IMG/VR virus record: IMGVR_UViG_3300020045_003113
Location: 1 to 31,525 of that record
Source: a virus
Lineage: Duplodnaviria > Caudoviricetes
DNA: 31,525 bases
Strand: one strand, 5' to 3'
In this document: in pieces, positions 18,301 through 27,778 of the stretch
Layout: each line of letters opens with the position of its first letter
Position numbering within the stretch: the stretch's first letter is position 1
Program-made: the position numbers and the translations under genes
Notes under the pieces: model-generated
What the model was told of the DNA's origin: nothing
Databases searched by the model: none
What the model saw: only the letters and a program-made list of their open reading frames with translations

Positions 18301-18584
18301 TAAAATCTCCGATTAACTAATAAAGGAACACTTGCTCCAGTACGGTACATAACTTCTGTATTCCCTTCTAATGTATCAATCATTTCCAGAAGTTCTTTCC
18401 GAAGTTCTTTAAGGTCGCTTAAGGATACTTTGTTATTGTCGTAGACTCTACGAAACTCCATAGAGCCTATCTCTACTCTTTGCAATAACTTCCCTTGCAT
18501 CATTAGGTCGATAGCAGCATTGACTTTAGCTAAGTCAGCATAGGCTATTGTGAGTTTTTGTTGTCTAGTTATTGTCGTTGACAT
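18300..18584 (-). CDS. Head-tail joining protein, gpW-like (94 aa)
   Basis: GGGAGG-ATG at 18584; helix, beta-hairpin, helix (L.DLKELRKEL) pattern; immediately before the portal. Confidence 0.7.
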   Translation of the reverse strand: MSTTITRQQKLTIAYADLAKVNAAIDLMMQGKLLQRVEIGSMEFRRVYDNNKVSLSDLKELRKELLEMIDTLEGNTEVMYRTGASVPLLVNRRF

Positions 18585-19395
18585 CTTCTTCGCCTCCCAT
18601 AGGTAATGCACAGGCACAACCACCTATGTCATGTTTATCTTCCTCAGCTTTTCCTTGCTCAAGGTATTCTTCTCGGTACTCTTTCATACTTAGGTAGCGT
18701 TTCTTACCATTGGTAGTTTTCTTTAGGAAAGGTAAACCACCAATAGCTAGAACTTCCTGTTCTTTTGCTTCATGTTCAGCATAGCGTTCAGGGAGCTTCT
18801 CAAAGAGTAGTTTGAACTGCCCAAGACCCGCTTTTACACAGAATCCACCGCAGTTATTATGTGGTAAACCTAGTGTGTAGAGATAAGGTCTTCTGATGCC
18901 AAACTGTTCACTAAAGTCTTTACTAACAATAAGCCCTTTCTCAACTAGAAGACTTCTGTAAGTCTTTGGGTACATAGTCTTTTGAATGTTTGTAAGTCTA
19001 TGATGCTCACTAAAATCAATACCAACGTGTACTTCACAAGTTAAGGATTGTAGCGGAAAGCCATATTCGTAAACAGTAATTCCGTAGTTAGCAGGTAGCC
19101 ACTCTTTATTAATTAAATCCCTTTTAAGAACTCTGGAGCAAAGGTCTATTCTTGAATTAGCTATAAATCTCTGTTCTTTAAATAATTCCCAAACAGTTTT
19201 TTCCCGACTTATCCGAACAAATCTACAATCCAAAAACCTAACACACTCGTCAACAAACCTATAAAGGTCAGGGTCTTCTGTTAAAGTATCACAAAAAAGA
19301 AGAACTACATTCTCTTTCCCAAATTCCTGAACACAGTGATAGGCTTCTGCAAAGCTACCAATTCCTCCGCTAAAACTAACTATATGGTCTGTCAT
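18565..19395 (-). CDS. PAPS-reductase-like/PP-loop adenine nucleotide alpha-hydrolase with Cys cluster
   Basis: VSFSGG.GS, FCDT..ED.DLYRF, CSRVLK, HNNCGGFCVKAG and C-terminal GGCAC. Confidence 0.8.
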   Translation of the reverse strand: MTDHIVSFSGGIGSFAEAYHCVQEFGKENVVLLFCDTLTEDPDLYRFVDECVRFLDCRFVRISREKTVWELFKEQRFIANSRIDLCSRVLKRDLINKEWLPANYGITVYEYGFPLQSLTCEVHVGIDFSEHHRLTNIQKTMYPKTYRSLLVEKGLIVSKDFSEQFGIRRPYLYTLGLPHNNCGGFCVKAGLGQFKLLFEKLPERYAEHEAKEQEVLAIGGLPFLKKTTNGKKRYLSMKEYREEYLEQGKAEEDKHDIGGCACALPMGGEEDVNDNN

Positions 19396-19427
19396 CTTTA
19401 TCTCCTAAAGTAAGCGTTCATTATACC

Positions 19428-19586
19428 CTAGTTCGGTAAGCTCCACAAATTTATCGGAGGAAACCGCAAGTCAGACCACTTTAACTTCCTCGGTAAAGGT
19501 GTTTGGCACGTCTTACATACCAAACACCCAGACTTTTCCACAAACACATGACAAATATGAAGATTTTTAGAATCCATACTGCTCAT
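19428..19586 (-). CDS. Small Cys/His-containing hypothetical protein (52 aa)
   Basis: ATG 19586 right after the holin stop; CH..C..CKTC may bind zinc. Confidence 0.5.
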   Translation of the reverse strand: MSSMDSKNLHICHVFVEKSGCLVCKTCQTPLPRKLKWSDLRFPPINLWSLPN

Positions 19587-19587
19587 G

Positions 19588-19755
19588 CTAACCCTCGGAA
19601 GCACCAGAACCGACAAATAAAGCAATTGCTACTAAGGAAGCTGCATTTACAATGTCTGCTGGTACAGAAGGTATATGATATAAGACAACTGTTATTAAAC
19701 CTATCAAAGCAGTTTTAGTTGATTTTTCTTTAAGTCTTTCAATTAAGTAATTCAT
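19588..19755 (-). CDS. Putative small two-TM holin (55 aa; not in ORF track)
   Basis: AGGAG-ATG; MNYLIERLKEKSTKTALIGLITVVLYHIPSVPADIVNAASLVAIALFVGSGASEG. RLKE.ST N-terminus and two hydrophobic segments. Confidence 0.7.
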   Translation of the reverse strand: MNYLIERLKEKSTKTALIGLITVVLYHIPSVPADIVNAASLVAIALFVGSGASEG

Positions 19756-19787
19756 GTTTTCTCCTAGTTATTTAAAGTATTGCTTCA

Positions 19788-21752
19788 TTAATATAGATAG
19801 TTTTCAAGTTGCCGCCAATGTTCTGTAGTAAAAGAAGGAATCCCAATCGCGTATGCAGAATGCAGAACATTCTTCTCAGCATCCATCGCTTCCTTCCTTT
19901 TACCACTTACTAACTTATAAATCTCTCTTTGTGTTCCACTTCTAACATCAATAAGTTTCCTACATGAAGTCATTTGCTCCTCATAAAGTCCGTAACTTTG
20001 TTCATTAAAGTAGTACCTATCTTGATTACATCCTTCAACTAAGTTAAGACTAACTCTACGAAGTATCTCATTATGAGCTTTGTGCGCTCCAATGTTGTAA
20101 ACCTTGACACCCATAGTCTCTGCAAGTGTGCGTCTTGCTGACTTGTAGGTTAATATATCCATCTCAGAAGGTTCATTATAGATTTCATCATGGCTAAAAC
20201 GAAGTTCATCACTACCTTTAGTAGCAAAGAAATGTTCATACCCTTGTATCTGATTTATCTCTTGGATGAATCGGTAAACAAGTTCTGTATTCCAACCAGA
20301 GTCTATACTTCCTGCTGAGATTCGCATCTCTTTACCACTTGCGTGTTGGTAAACTCCAGTAAAGATATTCTTTAGTTCTGTCCAAACTGGGTCTTGGTAG
20401 TTTTGGGTGTTTCCGAAGATTTCTCTCCAAGTTACTAACCAACTATTACCATTCCTTCCCCAAGCTCTTATAACATAAGCAAAGCGGTTAATCTGAACAT
20501 CAACTCCCATAGTTAAGATAAGCCCATCACTAGGTACTATACCTTCTGGGTAGTTTCGGCGCAACTTACACATCTCTTCAACCGTTAAGGCACTTACCCC
20601 GCTGGCATAACTCATACCTCTGGAGTTATTATAAAAGGTTTGCATTAAACCTTCCTTACCTCTTGCAAGGTCTTGTTCAGCAAGTATTCTTTTCTTTGCA
20701 AGTTCTATAAAGTGGCTACCAGCAAAAGGGCTTAGAAGTTCAGAGAAGATAAAGCCAAAGTTATCAACTATCTCAGGTTTCTTAGGATGCCAACCTTTAG
20801 AGAACTTACCTGTATGGTCAGTGAACCCGTGTTTTTTACCTGCGCGGATATTAACATCTTTTTGTTCAAAAGTCCATTCAGTGTTACAACTTGGGCAGTA
20901 GAACTTAGCTGACATAGGGTCATGCTTTCCGTAGATGTCATCTATCTTACGGTCATTAAATTCCGCATATCTTATGCAATCAAAACTTGTACCATCCATA
21001 GGGACTAGTGTAAAACATTCATGACATTCAGCTTTAAAGACAAGTTGATTAGAAGTCTTAATAGCATTTTCTACAAGAGAAAAGTCCATGTGGGTAGGAG
21101 TTCCACCGAAGATTAGTTTCTTCATACTTGTAGGTACAAGCTTCTGACGTTCTTTTAAGTTAGAAAGAACATCACCTTGTCCTGCAATGTTATTCTTCAA
21201 ATCATCTGGTTCTTCAATCTCAATGTAAGGTACATTATTTGACTTGAGAGAACCAATACTACCAAGTGTACGAAGTCGTAAGCTACCACCTGAGAATGAA
21301 TAGTCAAAGATAGACTTCTTATTCTCGGACATTCCAACGTCAACTAAACCTGACATAATTGGAGTATTCTGTAAGAACCATTTAAACTTTTCCTTACCAA
21401 AGGTTCTTGCATCTTCTTTAGTTGGGAAGCCTAGTAGCATATTACAAGGTTGGGTATGGATTCTTCTTCCTCGGTAGTTATTAATAGTCTCCGTCCACGC
21501 TATACGAGCAGATTTCTGGGAACAGATGATTGGTATTTGTAAGTTATCAAGACAGTCATAGACATATTCCATATAAGGTGTATAGTCTGGGTCAAACTTA
21601 CCAACACCAAAGGAAGTTTCCGCACTATCCATACTACGATATTTCTTTGCCCATTCTAAGGTGGAAATACGAAGTATAGGTCTACAAAGTTTAAGACAGG
21701 TTGCAATTAACTTTCGTTCAGCTATGTTTGCTAAAGTAGCTTTAAATTGCAT
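19788..21752 (-). CDS. terL: Terminase large subunit, lambda gpA family
   Basis: TPYM, Walker A KSARIAWT, Walker B IEIEEPD, GGTPT, CHEC/CPSC, MGVDVQ, IDSG and EAMD nuclease motifs. Confidence 0.95.
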   Translation of the reverse strand: MQFKATLANIAERKLIATCLKLCRPILRISTLEWAKKYRSMDSAETSFGVGKFDPDYTPYMEYVYDCLDNLQIPIICSQKSARIAWTETINNYRGRRIHTQPCNMLLGFPTKEDARTFGKEKFKWFLQNTPIMSGLVDVGMSENKKSIFDYSFSGGSLRLRTLGSIGSLKSNNVPYIEIEEPDDLKNNIAGQGDVLSNLKERQKLVPTSMKKLIFGGTPTHMDFSLVENAIKTSNQLVFKAECHECFTLVPMDGTSFDCIRYAEFNDRKIDDIYGKHDPMSAKFYCPSCNTEWTFEQKDVNIRAGKKHGFTDHTGKFSKGWHPKKPEIVDNFGFIFSELLSPFAGSHFIELAKKRILAEQDLARGKEGLMQTFYNNSRGMSYASGVSALTVEEMCKLRRNYPEGIVPSDGLILTMGVDVQINRFAYVIRAWGRNGNSWLVTWREIFGNTQNYQDPVWTELKNIFTGVYQHASGKEMRISAGSIDSGWNTELVYRFIQEINQIQGYEHFFATKGSDELRFSHDEIYNEPSEMDILTYKSARRTLAETMGVKVYNIGAHKAHNEILRRVSLNLVEGCNQDRYYFNEQSYGLYEEQMTSCRKLIDVRSGTQREIYKLVSGKRKEAMDAEKNVLHSAYAIGIPSFTTEHWRQLENYLY

Positions 21753-21753
21753 A

Positions 21754-22884
21754 CTATAACTCCGCTTCTAGTGTGATTGTCCTGCCGACTGCATCACAGT
21801 TAAGTACAACTGCACGGGAAGCTATTGTTGCTACCATACTTATACTAAGGGTAGCTCTGTCTAAGCCTACTATCGCTGTGGATAAGGTACTTGAAACATT
21901 GGTAGCTCCATCTGCACCAAGCCATCCTGCACTAAAGGTAATGGTTGGTTTTTTACACTTCTGTATATAGAGTAGCACAACACTAGCACTTGTTCCACTT
22001 GTAGCTACACCAGACGCTACTCCTTGATTAGTAGTTTCTGTTTTTATCACTTCAAAGTATCTTTTACAAATTGATAACTCTGTGTGGTAAGCACGTTGTT
22101 CAAATTTAGTTGGAAGACTTCCGAGTTCTAACTGAACTAATGTTAGTGTTCCTGTGTTAAACTCTACTTGTGTACTAATGCCCCCAGTTATGCTAGCAGT
22201 AACACCACTTGCACTATAACTACCACCAGCAACTTTACCTTGTGCCGTACCAGTCCAACTTAGTGTATGAGTGTTCACACCATAAGGTATATTAACATCT
22301 TCGATTATCTGTATAAGTGAACCCGCCGTTATAGTTATGGTTGTTAAGCCATTAACAGTTGCAAAAGTATAAGTACAACCAGAAGCACCAGCCTTCCAGC
22401 GGTCATGCCCGTAGACACCGCCAGCTAATGTAACTGTACCAGAAACAGCGCGTTGGTTGATTGTGAATGCTGGGTTGAGTAGTAGGTTTTTACCAACTAA
22501 GTCAACTAAACCTGCTACTGTAATATCTTTATCTGGGAACGTATATGTTCTAGCAGCTGTATTTGTATTATTTAAGAAACTTGTAAATGTATCAGCCGCA
22601 TTTTTGAAGTTAATCTTAAATAAGGTAAGACCAGCGTAGCCGTTACTAACATCTTTGTTACCATATAACTTCTCTATAGCACTAAGGATTGTATCCGCAG
22701 CCGTGATAGTGCCTGTGGAAGCTGTGAACCCTGTTAGTACCCTAGTAAGCGGGTCAGACATACCGCCTATTGCTGTTTGCAAGGCTTCTATATCAAACTT
22801 AGCGGCAGCAGCCAAGGCTCTTAGCACACTTGAAGTTACTAAGGAATTGGTTAAAGGTTTTGTAGCATCAATTGTACTAGCCAT
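21754..22884 (-). CDS. Side tail fibre/receptor-binding protein
   Basis: Follows gpJ; Thr/Ala/Gly-rich; NLLLNPAFTINQR..DRW..VQLELG..T.FE.R..EL..CKRYF fibre domain. Confidence 0.75.
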   Translation of the reverse strand: MASTIDATKPLTNSLVTSSVLRALAAAAKFDIEALQTAIGGMSDPLTRVLTGFTASTGTITAADTILSAIEKLYGNKDVSNGYAGLTLFKINFKNAADTFTSFLNNTNTAARTYTFPDKDITVAGLVDLVGKNLLLNPAFTINQRAVSGTVTLAGGVYGHDRWKAGASGCTYTFATVNGLTTITITAGSLIQIIEDVNIPYGVNTHTLSWTGTAQGKVAGGSYSASGVTASITGGISTQVEFNTGTLTLVQLELGSLPTKFEQRAYHTELSICKRYFEVIKTETTNQGVASGVATSGTSASVVLLYIQKCKKPTITFSAGWLGADGATNVSSTLSTAIVGLDRATLSISMVATIASRAVVLNCDAVGRTITLEAEL

Positions 22885-22896
22885 GTTCTATCTCCG

Positions 22897-25278
22897 TTAA
22901 AATTGCATGGGTGAGTGCCCATCATAATAGTTATTAGTATCATAGGTTGCAGTTGTATCGTACCGAATTTCTGCAAAACTATAGGTAACTTGTTTACTTG
23001 GTAAGTCTAATGAACTTATGGCTATTATTGTGAAGAAATAGGTTACATTATCTTGAAGTATTGTTGCAACAAAGTCAAAACTCTTTGTATTTACTATGCT
23101 AGTTCCAGTTACACCTAGTGAGGTTGTATAAGTTACTTGATAGGTATAAGTCCGCCCAGCTTCTTGAACGTGTTCCCATGTTATTACAAAATGTTTATGT
23201 GTTAAGTCACTTAAGTTTGTAAAATCTTGTAACTGTATGTTTGTAACACTTGCTGTTTTACCTTGTATAACTTCAACAAAGTTATTTGTACTGGGTAACG
23301 TAACTACTTGTTCTATGAAGTCATATTTTCTAGCATCATACTTAGTTGCTTCTATTAGATAAACATCATCTTCTTTAGTTAGGTTAGTTACTTTATACGG
23401 TGTCGTTCTTTCGGATTTCTGGATAAATAAACTTTGGTCAACCAACGCTAGTGTTCCTGTGTACGCCGCAGATACTTCGGTTAAAACTCCTGTAACTTCA
23501 TTAAGCATTAGTTCTATCAGTTCCCCAATAGAGTTATAAACCATAATAGTAGTTATACCCGTTAAAGTAATAGCTCTATCTAATACTAAGTTAATACCAA
23601 CTGGACTTGAAACATAACTAACAACCCTACCAGTCTCTACTGTATCAAATAAATTACTATCATGTATTCTTATTAAACTACCTTTATGAAGCATAACTGC
23701 TTCTATTAGACAGCGAAATTGTACTATACCATCACCACTTAAATCAATCATAAGTGAGTCCCAAAGCAAGTTTCTTCCCTTTCTTATTCCTGCTGAGACA
23801 CTGGCACAACCCAACATTAAGAAATCTGAACTTGTATAGCCATAAAGGTCTACGAAGTGTCCTCTAGGTAATGTAAGAAAGTCTTCCAAGTCATCGACTA
23901 ATACTGTAATTGTTCTTGTTCGGTTTCTATTGTCAATCTCTTGGATTGTTACATTTATCTGAGTATTATTATCGGTGATGTCAGCACTAGCATACTCGAA
24001 CAGACCTTCAAGGACATTCTGATTGGTGAACACTGGGCTTTGATTTATTTCCTCCGTAGTGAAACGTCTATCCCATACTATAGATACTAAACCACCATAC
24101 TCAATAAGTTCAGCATTACCAACTGTTAGTAGGTCATCCCTAGCTATTTTAGCATCTTTACGTTCAATGAATTGTCTATTGAGTGTGTATCTTGGTTCTG
24201 TTAAGACTGCTGAACTTGGAGTTTCCCTGTAAAAAAGTAACTCATCACAGTATCGTGCATATTCTTCAAAAGTAAAGTGAGCTAAGTGTTCTCTTGGAAT
24301 ATCACAACCTCGTGGATAGCGAATACCATCCACTTCAAAGAATAGCCAATCACTTAGGAAGTTATAGATTACCCAACTTAGATTGTTTGAATAGTTATAA
24401 ACTGGTAAACCAGCTACAGTATTGAATGTACCATCCCAAGGTATTCTAGTAGGGTCAGTTGGGGATACCCAGTTTGTTCCATCTGAATATAACTTAGTAT
24501 TAGGGTCATAATAACTTCTCCAAGGAAGCATTAGTTTAACACCAGAACCTCTAATAGATACGTTTGGTATTCTATTAGCTACTTCTGTTGCATCTTCTAA
24601 GCGGATAGCTATAAGAGCTGAACCTGCATAGTTACTAACATTCTCTGTACTATAGTACGTTATATGTGGCACAGACATAACTACAGTGTCATCTAGTGGA
24701 AACGGTGAAACAGCACTATGTGCTATTCTAACACCCCATTCATGGTCGCCTATGTTAGTAACAGGTCTATTTACCCTAAAGACTGCTTGATATAGTCCGT
24801 CACTTTTACCAACAATAACAGGGCTATTAACAAGAGTGTAACCACCTAGCAAATAGCTATCAGCAGTAGAGATGTCAAAGACTACCATAGCATAAACAGA
24901 GTCACCTTCTGGACTTGTATAAACCACAGTGCTAAAGTTTACTGCAATATCTATATATTCGTAAGCTCCATCAATCGGTCTAACTACACCAGCGGGGTCT
25001 TCATAAGGTAACGGAACATCTACCGCTTCTGTAATCGCTGTAGAGTTAAGATGTGCAATCTGTCCTTGATTTACTTCTCCGAAGGTAAAAGACCAACTAG
25101 CTGTAAACTCAGTGATACTTACATCATCAATATAGATGTCTTCGATGTTAGTTATCTCACCTTCACTAACTACAAAAAGTAAGTACAACGATTGTGTAGT
25201 CTTTAAGTTAGCAGAGTAACTAACTGGTTGGGCTGGTGGGCTTGCACCTTCTCCATATATATTTGGTAATGTAGTCAT
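22897..25278 (-). CDS. Central tail tip protein, lambda gpJ-like (~793 aa)
   Basis: VSEGEI..IYIDD, WDGTF..YSNN..W, YCDE..EPRYTLN, FT..NV..G.F.Y and one C-terminal FN3-like domain. ATGA coupling to gpI. Confidence 0.9.
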   Translation of the reverse strand: MTTLPNIYGEGASPPAQPVSYSANLKTTQSLYLLFVVSEGEITNIEDIYIDDVSITEFTASWSFTFGEVNQGQIAHLNSTAITEAVDVPLPYEDPAGVVRPIDGAYEYIDIAVNFSTVVYTSPEGDSVYAMVVFDISTADSYLLGGYTLVNSPVIVGKSDGLYQAVFRVNRPVTNIGDHEWGVRIAHSAVSPFPLDDTVVMSVPHITYYSTENVSNYAGSALIAIRLEDATEVANRIPNVSIRGSGVKLMLPWRSYYDPNTKLYSDGTNWVSPTDPTRIPWDGTFNTVAGLPVYNYSNNLSWVIYNFLSDWLFFEVDGIRYPRGCDIPREHLAHFTFEEYARYCDELLFYRETPSSAVLTEPRYTLNRQFIERKDAKIARDDLLTVGNAELIEYGGLVSIVWDRRFTTEEINQSPVFTNQNVLEGLFEYASADITDNNTQINVTIQEIDNRNRTRTITVLVDDLEDFLTLPRGHFVDLYGYTSSDFLMLGCASVSAGIRKGRNLLWDSLMIDLSGDGIVQFRCLIEAVMLHKGSLIRIHDSNLFDTVETGRVVSYVSSPVGINLVLDRAITLTGITTIMVYNSIGELIELMLNEVTGVLTEVSAAYTGTLALVDQSLFIQKSERTTPYKVTNLTKEDDVYLIEATKYDARKYDFIEQVVTLPSTNNFVEVIQGKTASVTNIQLQDFTNLSDLTHKHFVITWEHVQEAGRTYTYQVTYTTSLGVTGTSIVNTKSFDFVATILQDNVTYFFTIIAISSLDLPSKQVTYSFAEIRYDTTATYDTNNYYDGHSPMQF

Positions 25279-25961
25279 ACAAATCGCATCCAATTAGCTG
25301 GGTAGTTCATACCTTCTGCAAAAGTCCCAATGGGAATAACATCTGGGTATATTGGTAATGTTTGCTCCAGCCGAAGTCCTATACGAACACCACCAAATAG
25401 GCAGTTGCCAAAGACTACAGGAACACTCCCCCCTTGTTCAGTTATATTAGGAACTCCGTTGTATAGCTTTGATAAATTTGAAGGGTCTTGGTCTTTGTCT
25501 AGCTTATTCTGCGGAGTGAGCGCACGCACTAACATACCAAGTGCAATAACTAAACCTACAGTAACAACAGTAGCTACAGCATACCCAGCTATGGCAGTTC
25601 CTAATCCAACAGTAGCAACTAAAGTACCTGCTGCGGCGGCGGAAGCTACTGCGGCAGAAGTTGTACCTGCTATAGCTGCCATAGTTCCCATAGCTATACT
25701 ACTAAAGACAGCTTCACCAGAGACCTTAGGGCAAACAACCAACACATCATAACTGCTAATATCATATTCCAACATAGTTGGTAGGATTGGATAGGCTTTC
25801 TCCTTGACACCTTCATATACAGTGTAGCAAAGTTCTCTTTCAGATACTTCCTTAAATAAAGCTGGCTTATTTACTCTAAGATAATCATATAATTGTACTA
25901 AGTTTACCACTTGTAGGTTAAATCTTTCAACACCTTTGTCTGAATAGTAAATAACTTGCAT
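25275..25961 (-). CDS. Tail assembly protein, gpI-like
   Basis: P.V.G followed by an Ala-rich hydrophobic stretch; NITEQGGSVPVVFG motif. Confidence 0.88.
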   Translation of the reverse strand: MQVIYYSDKGVERFNLQVVNLVQLYDYLRVNKPALFKEVSERELCYTVYEGVKEKAYPILPTMLEYDISSYDVLVVCPKVSGEAVFSSIAMGTMAAIAGTTSAAVASAAAAGTLVATVGLGTAIAGYAVATVVTVGLVIALGMLVRALTPQNKLDKDQDPSNLSKLYNGVPNITEQGGSVPVVFGNCLFGGVRIGLRLEQTLPIYPDVIPIGTFAEGMNYPANWMRFV

Positions 25962-25962
25962 C

Positions 25963-26751
25963 TTATTCTCCTAAATCTGGATGTCTGTAAACCTTTGTTA
26001 TCTTGTTAAGATAGAGTTCAAGTGGTTCAACTTTTGATATTTCTCCCTGATTAAGCAACATATTATCACCTAGATAAATCATAGCGTGGTTATCCTTGAA
26101 GCCAAGGATTGAGGTAATTAATAAGTCACCTTTCTTTAATTGTCCAGTCTTAGTAATATCAATTAGGTTGTTCTTCTTAATGGAGGCTGTAACATTATCT
26201 TGTTGGAGTAGGTTATGTTCTTGCAGTTTGTTATCTTCAAGAACTCTCTTAACTAAGTCTGCCCAAGACTTTTTCTCTGTAAGGTGGTCTGTTAATGGAA
26301 TCTTAATTTCAATTCCAAACTCAAAATGATAGTAATCCCTGATAAGACAACCGCAGTCAGAGACTCCAAAGATGTAGGGTCTGTTGATGTAATCTTTAGA
26401 TGGTTCTGGTGGTACTTTTAAAGGTGGGTAATAACGGCTTCCATCATAGGCAGAGATATATAATGGTAGTCCTACTTCTGTAGCTAGTACAAGGTCTGCA
26501 AGACTTGGTGTTTGTATATGTACATGACTTTTACCAGTATGTGAATGAATGAGTGCATAAATAACTTCTCGCTCTCTGGTGAATTGTAATGGGTCTATTT
26601 CAAATGATTTAGTCTTATCTTCTGCAATGTTTACTTGTTCTATGAAAGAACCGTCGTAGTAGATGAAACCGCACATTTCATTTGGGAAAGCCCTGCGAGT
26701 TGCTAGTTCTATTTGAAGTAAAGCTGAATTTGAGAGTTGCATATTATTCAC
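25963..26751 (-). CDS. Tail assembly protein, gpK-like (JAB/MPN + NlpC/P60)
   Basis: PNEMCG, HSH..PS..D, G..DC..LIRDYY and NHAMIYLG motifs. Confidence 0.92.
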   Translation of the reverse strand: MNNMQLSNSALLQIELATRRAFPNEMCGFIYYDGSFIEQVNIAEDKTKSFEIDPLQFTREREVIYALIHSHTGKSHVHIQTPSLADLVLATEVGLPLYISAYDGSRYYPPLKVPPEPSKDYINRPYIFGVSDCGCLIRDYYHFEFGIEIKIPLTDHLTEKKSWADLVKRVLEDNKLQEHNLLQQDNVTASIKKNNLIDITKTGQLKKGDLLITSILGFKDNHAMIYLGDNMLLNQGEISKVEPLELYLNKITKVYRHPDLGE

Positions 26752-27196
26752 AAAGGTAGAAGTCTAGTAAAGGATTTAGATTGGCTATAAGTACATCTAA
26801 CTTTGTAAACTTTGTAGCTTTATAACCTAGTTTAGCGAGTGCTTTTATAAACAGTTCAGTATCTTCTATTGACATATTAATATGTTTTAACCTAGCTTCC
26901 GAGGACTGCCAACCATGTAGACAAACTCTAAATTGTCTGAATAAACATATTTCAAGGTCAGATAAGCCATAACTACTTAACTTTGGTTCAAATACTTTTA
27001 AGTGTTTTTTAGGTACACTTATAGTTGGACAAAAGTGGTCTCCTGTCTGTAATAAATACCAACCAGATTTAGTAAGTCTATCTACCCTATATAGTTTGGA
27101 TAAGAACACAATCAAATACTTAGCTTGTCTAGGATGTGCATATTTTACTTGTTTATCTATAATTTGTACTATTGTACCTTTCTCTAATATATTCAT
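26744..27196 (-). CDS. Hypothetical protein (150 aa) inserted between L and K
   Basis: GAGGAG RBS; basic protein; no recognisable family. Confidence 0.65.
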   Translation of the reverse strand: MNILEKGTIVQIIDKQVKYAHPRQAKYLIVFLSKLYRVDRLTKSGWYLLQTGDHFCPTISVPKKHLKVFEPKLSSYGLSDLEICLFRQFRVCLHGWQSSEARLKHINMSIEDTELFIKALAKLGYKATKFTKLDVLIANLNPLLDFYLCE

Positions 27197-27217
27197 AAGT
27201 ATCTCCTCTTATAATTA

Positions 27218-27742
27218 TTAAGTTGATTTCGTATACGCAAGACCTTCAAAACGAAGTTTCTCTCTACCATCTCTTAGCATTTGCCGTCTTGGAAACTTCA
27301 TCTGTTTAAAGTTAGTGTACGTCCCCATCCCATATACAAGTTGACCAGCTTGCTTGCTTAACATCTGATCAATTGTAAAATGACGTTTCATTAAGAACAA
27401 TGGTGTGCTGCTTCCAGTATCTAAGCCTATATAAGTTTCCGCAGTTTGCACATAAGTTACCTTTGCCCCTTTAAGATTAGGTACTTTATAAACTGCGGAT
27501 AGCCAGTAAGCATCTCGTTTGGCTATAGAGAGCTTCGGGGTATCATTTGCATTAGTCTCATTAAAAGTAACATCGGAGATTATAACTGGAAATGCAAAGA
27601 ACTCATTGCCTTCCCAGAATAAACTACCACTTCTTAGGGCATTAGTTAGCCTATAGACTGTTCCATTATAATCTATCTCAAACAGTTCTACTAAGTTTGG
27701 TAGTTCTAGCTGTTGAATAAGTGTTAGATTTTCATTTGCCAT
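27218..27742 (-). CDS. Minor tail tip protein, gpL-like, lacking all cysteines (174 aa)
   Basis: VELFEID, W.G..F..FP, PKLSI, L.GAKVT..T...Y and FPRRQM motifs; upstream of K-I-J. Confidence 0.85.
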   Translation of the reverse strand: MANENLTLIQQLELPNLVELFEIDYNGTVYRLTNALRSGSLFWEGNEFFAFPVIISDVTFNETNANDTPKLSIAKRDAYWLSAVYKVPNLKGAKVTYVQTAETYIGLDTGSSTPLFLMKRHFTIDQMLSKQAGQLVYGMGTYTNFKQMKFPRRQMLRDGREKLRFEGLAYTKST

Positions 27743-27748
27743 AGTTGC

Positions 27749-27778
27749 TTGACAGTTTTAGGATATTTAAGGTATAGT
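27749..27778 (+). promoter_or_regulatory. Rightward sigma70-type promoter
   Basis: TTGACA-18 nt-TATAGT. Confidence 0.7.

Noticed and set aside
21200-21530. Inactive terminase suggested by variant Walker motifs (KSARIAWT, IEEPD)
   Set aside because: The ORF is intact with all other ATPase and nuclease motifs; gpA-family Walker motifs are naturally deviant.
384-26329. Many + strand ORFs opposite the structural genes (e.g. 2235..2558, 15766..16083, 25330..25752)
   Set aside because: Antisense shadows of long coding frames, without an SD or recognisable motifs.
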